The position numbers and the translations under genes are program-made. DNA of 64,000 nt from a bacterium (GTDB lineage: Bacteria; UBA8248). The stretch spans positions 1,856,001 through 1,920,000 of the forward strand of contig CBDBZU010000004.1 of the NCBI GenBank assembly GCA_965213625.1, in the 5' to 3' direction. The notes below the pieces were generated by a model. That model saw nothing but the letters and a program-made list of their open reading frames with translations, was not told the origin of the DNA and did not search any database. Shown here in pieces: positions 40,714 to 51,070 of this stretch. Position 1 is the first letter of the stretch. Each line of letters begins with the position of its first letter.

Positions 40714-41731
40714 TCAAAAGGGTGTTCTTCGCCGGGGCTGGTCTGCGGCGGTCGGCGACTACGCCATCGCCGGGGGCTGGACCCTCCGCGGTGAGGCGCT
40801 GGTGGTCGGTGACGCCGCGGGTGGCGTCTACGCATTCGACGGCAAGTCCGGCGCAAGCGCTTGGGCGCGGCAGGGGGCTCATGATAGCGGCGTGCTCGCG
40901 ATGACGATCCACCCAAGCGGAACCGCGTTCGCTACGGCTGGCCAGGACGGACGCGTCCTTATCTGGGGTGTCGCCGAAGGTCAGGTAAAACAGGCTATCG
41001 ACATCGGCAGTAGTTGGGTGGAGAACGTGGCGTGGTCGCCGGACGGACAATGGCTGGCAGTCTCCTGCTCCCGGCAGGTTCGCGCGTATGGCGTGGACGG
41101 CGCGGAGGTTTGGCGATCTGATGATCATCCCAGCACTGTCAGCGCGATCGCCTGGTCGAGCGAAGGGGAGCTGGCGACGGCCTGTTACGGTCGAGTGACG
41201 TTCTTCGACGCGCCCACTGGCGAACTTCGCCAGAAGCTGGAATGGCAGGGTTCCTTGGTGTCGATGGTACTGAGCCCGGACGGGGATATCGTGGCCTGCG
41301 GCAGCCAGGACAACTCGGTGCACTTCTGGCGTCGCTCCACGGAGCAGGACTACATGATGTCAGGATATTCTGCCAAGCCGTCGGCCCTGGCTTTCAATGA
41401 GACCGGCACCCTTTTGGCCACCGGCGGAGGGGAAGCAGTGACGGTCTGGAGTTTCCAGGGAAGTGGCCCCGAAGGTACGCGGCCCGGCGTTCTTGAGTTT
41501 CATGTTCAACCCGTCACGACGCTTGCCTTCGCTCGCCGCGGGATGCGCCTGGCATCGGCAGCAAGGGATGGCACCGTAGTGGTGTGGTCGCTTGAGAGTG
41601 ATGGAAAAGGCCGTTCGATCGGGTCCGCGGTTTTGGCGGGCATCGGGGCCGAACTGTACTGGCGGCCAGACGGGCGCGCGCTGGCAGCGCTCGACGCCCG
41701 GGGTGGCGTGACGGTTTGGCGGATAGGATGA
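40691..41731 (+). CDS. WD40-repeat beta-propeller protein
   Basis: Repeated AH..V..HPSG..ATAGQDG.V.IW, WSPDG, SPDG..ACGSQD.SVHFW. Confidence 0.9.
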   Translation: MSDLNVASQKGVLRRGWSAAVGDYAIAGGWTLRGEALVVGDAAGGVYAFDGKSGASAWARQGAHDSGVLAMTIHPSGTAFATAGQDGRVLIWGVAEGQVKQAIDIGSSWVENVAWSPDGQWLAVSCSRQVRAYGVDGAEVWRSDDHPSTVSAIAWSSEGELATACYGRVTFFDAPTGELRQKLEWQGSLVSMVLSPDGDIVACGSQDNSVHFWRRSTEQDYMMSGYSAKPSALAFNETGTLLATGGGEAVTVWSFQGSGPEGTRPGVLEFHVQPVTTLAFARRGMRLASAARDGTVVVWSLESDGKGRSIGSAVLAGIGAELYWRPDGRALAALDARGGVTVWRIG

Positions 41732-41810
41732 ACAAAGGCCCGAATTGCCAGCGCACGCGTAGTGCTGCGCAACAGTGCGGCCAGCGGCTGATGTCGATGA
41801 TCTCGCACGG

Positions 41811-42164
41811 ACCCTCGCGCCCGTGAAAGGCGCACCCTATATCGTCTTTCATGATGCGTATCAATACATGGAGAAACGCTACGGGTTGAACGCTATCGGG
41901 TCGGTTTCCCTCTCGCCCGAGAAAAAGCCGGGCACGGCGCGGCTGGTGGAGATTCGCAAGAAGATCAAGAACACGAAATCGATATGCGTGTTCACCGAGC
42001 CGCAGTTTCAACCCAAACTGGTGCGGACCATCATCAAAGGCACGGACGCGAGGACGGGCGTGCTGGATCCACTGGGCGCAAAGGTTCCCGCCGGTGAGGA
42101 CGCGTATTTCACCCTCATGCGCAACATGGCGAAATCGCTCAAGGGGTGTCTTGCAGGGAAATAG
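41811..42164 (+). pseudogene. orphan duplicate of the znuA 3' third
   Basis: Colinear with 35265-35618 (354 bp), 97/117 aa identical, last ~76 nt differ at 2 positions; no N-terminus or signal peptide. Confidence 0.88.
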
Positions 42165-42290
42165 TTCACGGCGGCGCTTCCGGGGAATAGGAGGCGAGAC
42201 GGCCCGAGGCCGCTTTATTGCCACAACATATTCTCCATGCATTTCATGGATAATCGGCAGGTTTGTCTGGGCAGGAGGTGGTCTGACAGT

Positions 42291-43619
42291 CTAGAATTCC
42301 GCGTCTTCGGATCCAGGAATCTTGAGAGAACGGAAATGGCCCTCCAGTTCGCCCAGCGGAGCCGTGGCGTCCAAGCCCATCTTCGTCGTCACGCCATTCT
42401 CAGCGGAAGGGTCGAGGCGGCTGCCCCATGCGCCGGGAACGACGAACAAATCCTTGTCCGCCTGAAAGCGCGTGGCCAGCGCCCAGTCGACCTGCGTCGG
42501 GTTGTGGATGTCGATGTCGTGATCCACGCAGATGGCGTGCTTGACGTCGTAGTGCGCGGCGAGCGCCGCCATGAGTGCGCTTTTCGCTTCCCCCTCGTTG
42601 GTTTTCCGTATCTGGACGGTGCAGTGGAAGCGACCCGCGCCGGAGAGGGGGAGCACGACGTCCGTAACGGCGGGGACGGCTTTCTGGAGGTCTCTGAGGA
42701 GTCCCGCCTCCCTCGGCACGGCGCCCATAAGCAGATGGTCGTAGCCCGCCGCCACGATGGAATAAAAAACGGGTTCCTCGCGCATGGCGATGGATTTTAC
42801 CCGGAAGACCTCGCGTTCTCCCGCCGGGCTGTAGTAGCGAGGAAACTCGCCGAAAGGCCCTTCGCGCCTGCGTTCATTCGGCGGTATTTCCCCCTCGATA
42901 ACAATTTCGGTTCCCGCTGGCACGGGAATCCCCGACCAGGGGGCGGGGGCGACGTCCACGGCGCGGCCCTTAAGTCCGCCCGCCGCTTCCAGTTCGTCCT
43001 CCCCGGGCGCGAGCACGAGCTGGCTCGCCATCAGAAGCAGTGGGTCGAGACCCACGCAGACGGCCGCCTTAAGAGCTTCTCCGCGCTCTGCGGCGCGCCG
43101 AATCATCCCCTTCAGATGGCGCGGCAGGACGAGCAGGCCGAACAGGTCGGATTCTAAGGCGTGCATCCTGTGAATCGATACGTTGCCCGCGCCGGAATCG
43201 GGGTCCTGGGCGAAGAAGACGCCGGCGGAAATGTAGGGGCCGCCGTCCAGTTCATGGTAGGTGGGGAGGGGGAGAATTTTCTGAACGTCGATATCTTTGG
43301 TGATGACCGTGCGTAAAAACGGCGCATCGGCGATTACGTTCGGTTTTATCTTGATTTCCTGTCTACGCTGAACCTCGGTGAGCAATTCTCCGGGCGCCAC
43401 CCCCATGGCGTCGGCGTACCATTCTCTTTTGCAGGCGATGTTGGCGACGACGGGCATCGGCGCGCCGTCGGTTTGCTCGAATAGGAGTGCGGTCCGGCCA
43501 TCCGCTTTTTGCGACAAGGCGGCGAGTTCATGGCGGAGCGATACGCTGCGCGATACGCGCTTGAGCGAACCCCGCTCATTGAGGTGCGTGAGCCATGTTT
43601 TGAGGTCATGAGCGTTCAT
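42291..43619 (-). CDS. UbiD family prFMN-dependent (de)carboxylase
   Basis: DGGPYISAG, SIHRM, EIVIEG, EGPFGEFPRYY, VDHDID, KMGLDAT. Confidence 0.93.
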   Translation of the reverse strand: MNAHDLKTWLTHLNERGSLKRVSRSVSLRHELAALSQKADGRTALLFEQTDGAPMPVVANIACKREWYADAMGVAPGELLTEVQRRQEIKIKPNVIADAPFLRTVITKDIDVQKILPLPTYHELDGGPYISAGVFFAQDPDSGAGNVSIHRMHALESDLFGLLVLPRHLKGMIRRAAERGEALKAAVCVGLDPLLLMASQLVLAPGEDELEAAGGLKGRAVDVAPAPWSGIPVPAGTEIVIEGEIPPNERRREGPFGEFPRYYSPAGEREVFRVKSIAMREEPVFYSIVAAGYDHLLMGAVPREAGLLRDLQKAVPAVTDVVLPLSGAGRFHCTVQIRKTNEGEAKSALMAALAAHYDVKHAICVDHDIDIHNPTQVDWALATRFQADKDLFVVPGAWGSRLDPSAENGVTTKMGLDATAPLGELEGHFRSLKIPGSEDAEF

Positions 43620-43677
43620 GCGCGTATGATGGCAAATGGAGGGATGAGCGTCAAAAGCACGCAAGGAGCGAAGAGCA

Positions 43678-44574
43678 TCACATTTCTTGCGTTATCAAAG
43701 TTTCTTTCAGCATGGTGAGATAGTCGTTGGCGTAGGGCGGGAGGTAGACGTCGTTTCGCCGAAACAGGCCGATGCGTTTTTTCCCGAAAAGATGGGATAT
43801 GTTGGCGGTTCGCCATCCAGTTGTTGTTTCGGGCCGGGGCCAGAGCGCGTTGACGACCGCGATGCCCGCCCCGTTCAGAACGGCTTCGTTGATAAGGGTG
43901 TAGGAGGACGTTTCGAAAACGACGTTGATGGATAAACCCTGCTTCTCGAAGGTATGCTCGATGTGCTGGCGATCCGCCGTGCCGCGTTCCAGCAGTATGA
44001 GCGGATGCGCCGCGATCTTTTCGAGAGAGATTTTCTCTTCCTTCAAGGCGGCGTGCCCCTCTGGAAAAAAGAGAAGGTAGTCCGTCTCCGTCCACTCTTC
44101 GAAGGAGAAATTTCCCCGCGCCTCGGGCGCCGAGCCGAAAGCGAAATCGACGGCGCCTTCGGAGACGTGCTCGAGCAGATTCGTCCAGTTTCGCTCCAGC
44201 ACGGATATCTGGACGTTCGGGTAGCGTTCGCGAAACTTGAGGAGCGCTTCCCTGTGGCCTTTTAGAATCAACATGGGGGCGGCTTCCGCCACGACGAGCC
44301 GCCCGTGCGTCTCCCCGCGCAGATGCCTTTCGACCGTCTCGAGGGACTCAAAAAAAGGTTTCACGGCGTCGTAGAGGTACTCGCCGCTCGGTGTTAATTG
44401 AAACTTGCGACCGACGATCTGGTAGAGCTTCACTTGAAGGTCTTCTTCAAGCGCTTTCACCCGGATGCTGAGGGCGGGCTGCTGGATGGGGAAGGATGAT
44501 TGTCTCGCCGCACGGGTAAAGCCGCCGTGTTTCGCCACGTAGTAGAAGTATTCGAGTTGTCTCAGATTCAACAT
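43678..44574 (-). CDS. LysR-family transcriptional regulator
   Basis: LRQLEYF..VA..GGFTRAA...QPALS..VKALE; divergent from the 44888 operon. Confidence 0.92.
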   Translation of the reverse strand: MLNLRQLEYFYYVAKHGGFTRAARQSSFPIQQPALSIRVKALEEDLQVKLYQIVGRKFQLTPSGEYLYDAVKPFFESLETVERHLRGETHGRLVVAEAAPMLILKGHREALLKFRERYPNVQISVLERNWTNLLEHVSEGAVDFAFGSAPEARGNFSFEEWTETDYLLFFPEGHAALKEEKISLEKIAAHPLILLERGTADRQHIEHTFEKQGLSINVVFETSSYTLINEAVLNGAGIAVVNALWPRPETTTGWRTANISHLFGKKRIGLFRRNDVYLPPYANDYLTMLKETLITQEM

Positions 44575-44887
44575 GGATACCTCATGAAACCATATGCCGT
44601 GTTGCATATCATTTCATTATGAATTTTGATGGTACGATGCTGTGCTGATCGGGCTCGTTTTCTCGTATTTCTTGCGAATAACTGGTGATAAAAGAAAACG
44701 ATCTTCCAAGGCACGATAAAATTATATGAGATATCCATTAAATTATTCAATAGGTTCGATTCAAATTTTCCCCATTGCGAATCCGCTGTCTTGCGTTTAA
44801 TCTACCAATGGAGCGTATATTTTTTCGACAGCCGATATGAGAGTTTCAGCGCGTTGTGAGCAAGGGGCGAGCATCCGCCCCGCAGTG

Positions 44888-45853
44888 ATGGAGAAAAACG
44901 TGACGCAAGATTATCTATCGCTCAGGGAACAAACCCAGTCGCGGGATCGCAGCCTGAGAGACAAGGTGATGACGCTCGAGGAGGCCTGCGATTTCGTGAA
45001 TGATGGCGAACATGTCAGCCTGGGCGGCTCCACGGCCTCGAGAACCCCCTTCGCCATGATATGGGCGCTGATACGTGCGAGGAAGAAAAACCTTTCCTTC
45101 TCGCGCAGCATCGTCTCTACCGAAGGCGACCTCATCTTCGCCTCGGGGGTCGGGAATCACATTCTCACGAGCTGGTTCAGCCAGGGAATCGTCTGGGGCG
45201 TATCGCGCGTCATGCGGCATTTCACCGAGAACAGGCTGGCTCGTTTCGAGGAATGGAGCCATATGTCCATCGGCCTGCGCTACAGGGCGGGCGCCATGGG
45301 CGTTCCGTTCATGCCGATGCGCTCGATGATGGGTTCGGACGTAGCCGGGCAGCTCGATAATCTCGAAGAGATGACTTGCCCATTCACGAGCGAGAAAATC
45401 CTCTTGGTTCCTGCTTTGAACCCCGACGTCGCCTTGATTCACGTGCAACGTTGCGACCCCTACGGCAACGCGCAACTGGACGGCCTGACGTTCATGGATA
45501 TCGACATGGCGATGGCGGCGAACCGCGTCATCATCACCACCGAGCGCATCATCTCGAACGATCAGATTCGCAGAAGGCCCGATCAGACGAGGATCCCCTT
45601 CTTCACCGTCGACGCGGTGGTGGAGGCGCCTTACGGCTGCGCGCCGCATGAATGCTTCGGCGTCTATGAGCCTTTATTCTCACACATGGACTATTATGCC
45701 GAACTCACGAGGAAAGAGCCGATGGAAGGCGTGAAGACGTATCTGGATGAATACTTCTACGCGCCCAAGAGCTGGACGGAATATCTGAATCTCATCGGCT
45801 TGGAGAAGCTCTTGGATGCGGCACGCAGGGGGAGGAGCATTTATGACGACTGA
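44888..45853 (+). CDS. family I CoA-transferase subunit A (glutaconate CoA-transferase-like)
   Basis: FEEWSH, AGAMGVPFMP, CPFT, PDVALIHVQRCD.YGN, PYGCAP. Confidence 0.88.
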   Translation: MEKNVTQDYLSLREQTQSRDRSLRDKVMTLEEACDFVNDGEHVSLGGSTASRTPFAMIWALIRARKKNLSFSRSIVSTEGDLIFASGVGNHILTSWFSQGIVWGVSRVMRHFTENRLARFEEWSHMSIGLRYRAGAMGVPFMPMRSMMGSDVAGQLDNLEEMTCPFTSEKILLVPALNPDVALIHVQRCDPYGNAQLDGLTFMDIDMAMAANRVIITTERIISNDQIRRRPDQTRIPFFTVDAVVEAPYGCAPHECFGVYEPLFSHMDYYAELTRKEPMEGVKTYLDEYFYAPKSWTEYLNLIGLEKLLDAARRGRSIYDD

Positions 45854-46616
45854 GACGAAAGACTTCACGGCGTCGGAGCTTTTGTGCGTCATGAGCGCCC
45901 GCGCGCTCGAGGACGGTCAGGTGGTTTTCGCAGGCGTGGGGATTCCGCTTTTGGCGGCCACGCTGGCCCAGCGCCTCCATGCCCCGGGCGTGACGATTCT
46001 TTTCGAAGGAGGCACCATCGGCCCGCACGTCGTGCCCGGTCAGCTTCCGCCCACGACGAACGAGCAGCGCTGCACGCGCAAGGCGAACATGCTGGTGAGC
46101 ATCACCGAGGTGCTGCTCCTGCTCCAGCGCGGTTACGTGGACGTGGGCTTCATGGGAGGCGCTCAAATTGATCAGTACGGCAACCTGAACAGCTCCTTCA
46201 TCGGAAGCGCTGACGATCCTTCCGTGCGGCTGCCCGGCACGGGCGGGGGGAACGACATCTCGAGCCTCACCAGGATGATCGTGGCGATGCCGCAGGAAAA
46301 GCGCCGTTTTGTGGAAAGCGTGGATTTCATCACCAGCCCCGGCTATATCAGAGGCGGTACTTCGAGGCGCGATTCGGGCTTGATAGCCGGGGGCATGTAC
46401 CGCGTGGTCACTGATCTCGCGATTCTGGGGTTCGATGACGACACGGGCCGTATGCGCGTCGAGGCCCTGCACCCGGGCGTCACACCCGAACAGGCGCAGG
46501 AAAACACGGGCTTTGAGCTGATCATCGACTCATCGGTGGGAACCACGGAGCCGCCCACGGAAGAGGAACTGGCCGCGCTTCGCCATCTGGATCCGGACAA
46601 GGTCTACACCGCATAA
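45843..46616 (+). CDS. family I CoA-transferase subunit B
   Basis: FAGVGIP, catalytic Glu in LFEGG, GGAQIDQYGNLNS, LPGTGGGNDI. Confidence 0.9.
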   Translation: MTTETKDFTASELLCVMSARALEDGQVVFAGVGIPLLAATLAQRLHAPGVTILFEGGTIGPHVVPGQLPPTTNEQRCTRKANMLVSITEVLLLLQRGYVDVGFMGGAQIDQYGNLNSSFIGSADDPSVRLPGTGGGNDISSLTRMIVAMPQEKRRFVESVDFITSPGYIRGGTSRRDSGLIAGGMYRVVTDLAILGFDDDTGRMRVEALHPGVTPEQAQENTGFELIIDSSVGTTEPPTEEELAALRHLDPDKVYTA

Positions 46617-46631
46617 CCACATGGAGCTGTC

Positions 46632-47900
46632 ATGAGCGCCGAGCACAGAGAAAAAATTCTAGCCCAGGTCGACGCCCATCGGGACGAGATAATCGCCCTG
46701 CTCGCCAAGCTCGTGCAGATACCGAGCGTGACGGGGGATGAGGAGGAGATTCAAGGCTACATCGCGGATTTCCTGCGCGAGATGAACTTGGAAGTCGACG
46801 TCTGGGAATCAGACTGGGAGGAGCTTAAAAAACACCCCGAATACGTGCCCGTCACGAGGGGCTATGAGGGGAGGCCGAACGTGGTCGCCGTCCTCAAGGG
46901 CTCGGGTGGAGGCAAGTCGCTCCTGATGAACGGCCACACCGACACCGTCCCCAACGGCCCGGATGACGCCTGGGAGCATGGGCCGCTCTCTGCGGATATC
47001 GAGGGCGGCCGTCTGTACGGGCGCGGCGCTTCGGACATGAAAAGCGGGGTGGCGGCCATTATGATGGCGGCGAAATGCTTCATGGCGGCGGGGCTCAGGC
47101 CCAAGGGTGATGTGATTCTCGATTTCGTTGTGGATGAGGAGTTGAGCGGTCACGGCACGCTCGACACCATTTTGCGCGGCTATACGGCGGATGCGGGCAT
47201 ATGCTGCGAGACGAGCGGGAACGCCATCCAGCCCGGCTGCATCGGCAGAATCTGGTTCGAGATTCTGGTACGAGGAAAGGCGGCGGGCATCCAGCGGAGA
47301 TATCAGGGCGTGAACGCCATCGACCTGGGCTACAAGATCGTTCAGGCGGTGGCCGATCTTGAGAAAAAACGCCTGGAGACGGTATCCCATCCGCTGTATC
47401 CCAAGATCATCGACGCGATACCCTGCATGGTCGGCTCGATGGAGGCCGGGAGTTTCCCGAGCGCTTTCCCGGACACCTGCGTCCTTAAGGGGAGTCTCGC
47501 CACCGTGCCCGGCGAGGATCACGACGCGGCCAAGCAGAGCCTGGTCGATCAGGTGGCGCAGGCGGCGCAGGATGACCCGTGGATGAAGGATCATCCGCCG
47601 GAAGTGCGTTTCGTGGGGTATTACGCCGAATCGGCGGCGGTGGACGCTGAACACCCGATCGTCAAGACGGTGGCGAGCGCTTACCATGAAGTATCGGGCA
47701 ATACACCTGAAATATCGGGACGCCAGGGAGCGGCGGACACACGCTTTTTGAACGGTTTCGCCGGCATCCCGACGGTGATCTTCGGCCCGGGTCCCACCAC
47801 CCAGATGCACGCGAACAACGAGTGGGTGGCGGTGGAAGACGTGATCGACGCGACGAAAACACTGGCGCTCTCCATTCTGGATTGGTGCGGAGCGGAATAA
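46632..47900 (+). CDS. M20 ArgE/DapE-family deacylase
   Basis: NGHTDTVP, YGRGASDMKSG, VDEE, FGPG...HANNE. Confidence 0.92.
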   Translation: MSAEHREKILAQVDAHRDEIIALLAKLVQIPSVTGDEEEIQGYIADFLREMNLEVDVWESDWEELKKHPEYVPVTRGYEGRPNVVAVLKGSGGGKSLLMNGHTDTVPNGPDDAWEHGPLSADIEGGRLYGRGASDMKSGVAAIMMAAKCFMAAGLRPKGDVILDFVVDEELSGHGTLDTILRGYTADAGICCETSGNAIQPGCIGRIWFEILVRGKAAGIQRRYQGVNAIDLGYKIVQAVADLEKKRLETVSHPLYPKIIDAIPCMVGSMEAGSFPSAFPDTCVLKGSLATVPGEDHDAAKQSLVDQVAQAAQDDPWMKDHPPEVRFVGYYAESAAVDAEHPIVKTVASAYHEVSGNTPEISGRQGAADTRFLNGFAGIPTVIFGPGPTTQMHANNEWVAVEDVIDATKTLALSILDWCGAE

Positions 47901-47916
47901 GACCGAGGGAATCGAC

Positions 47917-48873
47917 ATGTCAGGAACAGACGTCAAGTACGGAATCGCCATGCGGAATTTCACCGCTTATCCAGAACTCCCCGACGCGGAGGCGCTCATC
48001 GAATACGGCGTCGCCATGGAGGAGTTGGGCTTCGAATCCCTGTGGGTGTGGGACCACATTCTGCTGGGCGTGGAGCCGCACTTTCCCATCATCGAGTCGT
48101 TGACGCTCCTGACGGCGGTGGCCGCTCGGACGAGCAAAATCAAGCTCGGCACGGGTGTGCTCGTCTTGCCGCTCAGGAACCCGCTCGTCGTGGCGAAGCA
48201 ATTATCGAGTATCGATCAGATCTCGAACGGCCGGCTCGTCGTCGGTATGGCGTCGGGCTGGTACAAACGTGAGTTCGACGCGGTGGGCGTTCCTTTCGAG
48301 AAACGCGGCAACATCATGGATCAGAACATCGAGATCATCACGAGGCTGTGGACCGAGGATATGGTGCGCGCCGAATATGGACAATACAATCTTAGAAACT
48401 CCGTCATGTTCCCGAAGCCCGTGCAGAGCCCGAGGCCGAGCATTCTCATCGGGGGTTACGTCGATCGCGTGCTCAAGCGCGCCGGAGAAAAGGGCGACGG
48501 CTGGCTCACCTACTTCTATACGCCCGAGAGCTTTACGAAGTCATGGGTAAAAGTGCTCCGCTTCGCGGAAGAAGCAGGACGCGATCCCGCCATGCTCGAG
48601 AGTACGAACCAGCTTCCCATCATGGTGGGGGATTCACGCGCTGATATCGAGGAGCCGATGAACGAATGGCTCCACACGGAGTGGGACTACGCCTCCTGGA
48701 GCGAGTCCACGGCAGAGAGCGCCGTTATGGGAAACGTTGATGAGTGCGTGGCGCAGCTCCAGGCCCACGTCGACACCGGGGTCGACCGGCTCATTTTCGT
48801 TCCCTACAAATACCAGATGGAACAGGTGGAAATAGTGGCGAAGGAAATCATCCCTCGTCTGAGAGCGGGGTAG
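47917..48873 (+). CDS. LLM-class flavin/F420-dependent oxidoreductase
   Basis: LWVWDH, KLGTGVLVLPLRNP, SNGRL, PKPVQ, GDGW. Confidence 0.9.
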   Translation: MSGTDVKYGIAMRNFTAYPELPDAEALIEYGVAMEELGFESLWVWDHILLGVEPHFPIIESLTLLTAVAARTSKIKLGTGVLVLPLRNPLVVAKQLSSIDQISNGRLVVGMASGWYKREFDAVGVPFEKRGNIMDQNIEIITRLWTEDMVRAEYGQYNLRNSVMFPKPVQSPRPSILIGGYVDRVLKRAGEKGDGWLTYFYTPESFTKSWVKVLRFAEEAGRDPAMLESTNQLPIMVGDSRADIEEPMNEWLHTEWDYASWSESTAESAVMGNVDECVAQLQAHVDTGVDRLIFVPYKYQMEQVEIVAKEIIPRLRAG

Positions 48874-48910
48874 TATAAGGAATCACGCGCCGCCTCACGG
48901 GAGCAGCACA

Positions 48911-49963
48911 ATGCAAGTGACATCGAGAGCATGGGATAGCCTGGCTTCGGTATCGGAGACGATTTTCGACGCGGTGGGTTTTACACCGCTTGTGAAACTC
49001 GGCCGCATCGCACAAGGACTGGGACCTGAGATTTTCGCCAAAATCGAATGGTTTTCCCCCACGGGCAGCTTGAAAGACCGCATCTATGAGCAGATGATCT
49101 CCCGCGCCGAGGAGCGGGGGGAGTTGACGCCAGGGAAGGTGATTCTGGAGTGTTCGTCCGGCAATGCGGGCATCGCCTGTGCAGCTGCCGCCGCGGTCAA
49201 AGGGTACGCGTGCATCATCGTCATGCCGGAGTTGATGAGTCCCGAGCGAAAGAAGATGATTAGCGCCTTTGGGGCGGAACTCATCACGACGCCGGGTGGG
49301 GAGAGCGATGTGGACGTCGCCCTCGTGCGTATGAAGGAAATAGCCGCGAGCGACCCCGGCAGATACTGGGTACCCGCCGAATTCGAGAATATGGACAACG
49401 TGGATACGCATTACACCACCTCGGGTCCTGAAATCTGGGAACAGTTGGATGGCCGCGTGGATGCGCTCATCGCTGCGGTAGGCACGGGCGGCTGGCTCAC
49501 GGGCGTGGGACGGTTTTTAAGAGAGAAAAACCCGAAGCTCAAAATCTACGGCGTGGAGCCGACGGAATCGCCTCTCATCAGCGAGGGAATATGCTGCGGG
49601 CACGGTATCGCGGGAATCGGCGACGGACTGATTCCCAACATACTGGATTTATCGATCATCGACGGCATCATCACCGCCTCGACCGAAGAATCGCTCCGCA
49701 TGGCGAGGCGCGCATCGCGCGAAGAGGGACTTTTCTGCGGCATCTCCTCGGGCTGCAACCTGGCGGCTGCGGTAAAGTTCGCGCGCTCTTACCCCGATGC
49801 CGGTCGAATCGTCACCATTTTCGGGGATTCGGGGCAGCGCTACTTCTCCACCCCGCTTTGCCATGACGAATCGGGCATGGAGGCGGCGCTGCAGGACGTT
49901 GTCGAAGGAGACAGGGAGATGATGCTCCAGAAATTCAGAACCTCGTGGGAGATCATCGAATAG
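48911..49963 (+). CDS. PLP-dependent cysteine-synthase-family enzyme, paralogue 1
   Basis: TPLV, SLKDR (PLP Lys), SSGNAG, GTGG, GISSG, DSGQRY. Confidence 0.88.
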   Translation: MQVTSRAWDSLASVSETIFDAVGFTPLVKLGRIAQGLGPEIFAKIEWFSPTGSLKDRIYEQMISRAEERGELTPGKVILECSSGNAGIACAAAAAVKGYACIIVMPELMSPERKKMISAFGAELITTPGGESDVDVALVRMKEIAASDPGRYWVPAEFENMDNVDTHYTTSGPEIWEQLDGRVDALIAAVGTGGWLTGVGRFLREKNPKLKIYGVEPTESPLISEGICCGHGIAGIGDGLIPNILDLSIIDGIITASTEESLRMARRASREEGLFCGISSGCNLAAAVKFARSYPDAGRIVTIFGDSGQRYFSTPLCHDESGMEAALQDVVEGDREMMLQKFRTSWEIIE

Positions 49964-49993
49964 GGTATTTCCCTTCTTATTAAGGCGTAAGAA

Positions 49994-51049
49994 ATGGGTA
50001 TTCAAAAAAGAACTTGGGATTCTTACAAACGCTATTCGGAAAACATTTTCGACGCCATCGGGGGTACGCCTCTGGTTCGCTTGAACAAAGTGGCGGCGGA
50101 CGTGGAGCCCGAAGTCTATGCGAAGCTCGAGTGGTACTCGCCCTCGGGGAGCCTCAAGGACCGCATCTACTACAACATGATCTTGAATGCAGAGGAACGC
50201 GGCGACTTGAAAGCCGGCATGACGGTGCTCGAATGCTCTACCGGCAACGCAGGCATCGCCTGCGCTTTCGTATCCGCGGTGAAGGGTTACTCCTGCATCG
50301 TCGTTATGCCCGAGGGCATGAGCGATGAGCGCAAAAAGCTCATGCGCGCCTACGGGGCCGATCTGGTGTTTACGCCGGGTGGGGAGAGCGACGTCGACTT
50401 GGCGCTCGATAAACTCGAAGAAATCCGGGCGGCTACGCCCGAGAAATACTGGGTTCCCGCCCAATTCGACAACCTCGACAACAACGAGGCGCATTACCTT
50501 ACGACGGGGCCTGAGATTTTTGAGCAATTGGATGGGCGTGTCGACGCCGTGGTAGCGTCGCAGGGAACGGGTGGCTGGGTGAGCGGCGTGGGGAAATTCC
50601 TGCGCGAGGACAACCCGGACGTTAGGCTCTACGCCGTGGAGCCTGAGGAATGTCCGCTCTTGAGCGAGCGGGGCTGGGGGCCGCACGGCATCGAGGGCAT
50701 CGGGGACGGCTTCGTGCCCAGGGCGCTCGATTTGTCGCTGCTAACGGGCATCGTAACGACGACGACGGATGAATCGGTCGAAATGGCGCAGCGCCTCGCA
50801 CGCGAGGAGGGGGTTTTTTGCGGTATTTCCTCGGGCTGCAACGTGGCGGCCGCCGTCAAGCTGGCCCGCAGGCATCCCGAACTGGCCAACATCGTCACGA
50901 ACATCAATGACACGGGACAACGCTATTTCACCACCGCCTTGTGCGGGGAGGAGAAACACGTCGATATTCCCGAGCGCGAGCACCACGTGGACCCATACAG
51001 CGCGGCGCAACTCGATCGATATTCGAGCGAATGGGAAATCATCACCTAG
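49994..51049 (+). CDS. PLP-dependent cysteine-synthase-family enzyme, paralogue 2
   Basis: TPLV, SLKDR, STGNAG, PAQFDN, GTGG, HGIEGIG, DTGQRY. Confidence 0.9.
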   Translation: MGIQKRTWDSYKRYSENIFDAIGGTPLVRLNKVAADVEPEVYAKLEWYSPSGSLKDRIYYNMILNAEERGDLKAGMTVLECSTGNAGIACAFVSAVKGYSCIVVMPEGMSDERKKLMRAYGADLVFTPGGESDVDLALDKLEEIRAATPEKYWVPAQFDNLDNNEAHYLTTGPEIFEQLDGRVDAVVASQGTGGWVSGVGKFLREDNPDVRLYAVEPEECPLLSERGWGPHGIEGIGDGFVPRALDLSLLTGIVTTTTDESVEMAQRLAREEGVFCGISSGCNVAAAVKLARRHPELANIVTNINDTGQRYFTTALCGEEKHVDIPEREHHVDPYSAAQLDRYSSEWEIIT

Positions 51050-51070
51050 CATCTACCGCAGGTAAGACAG

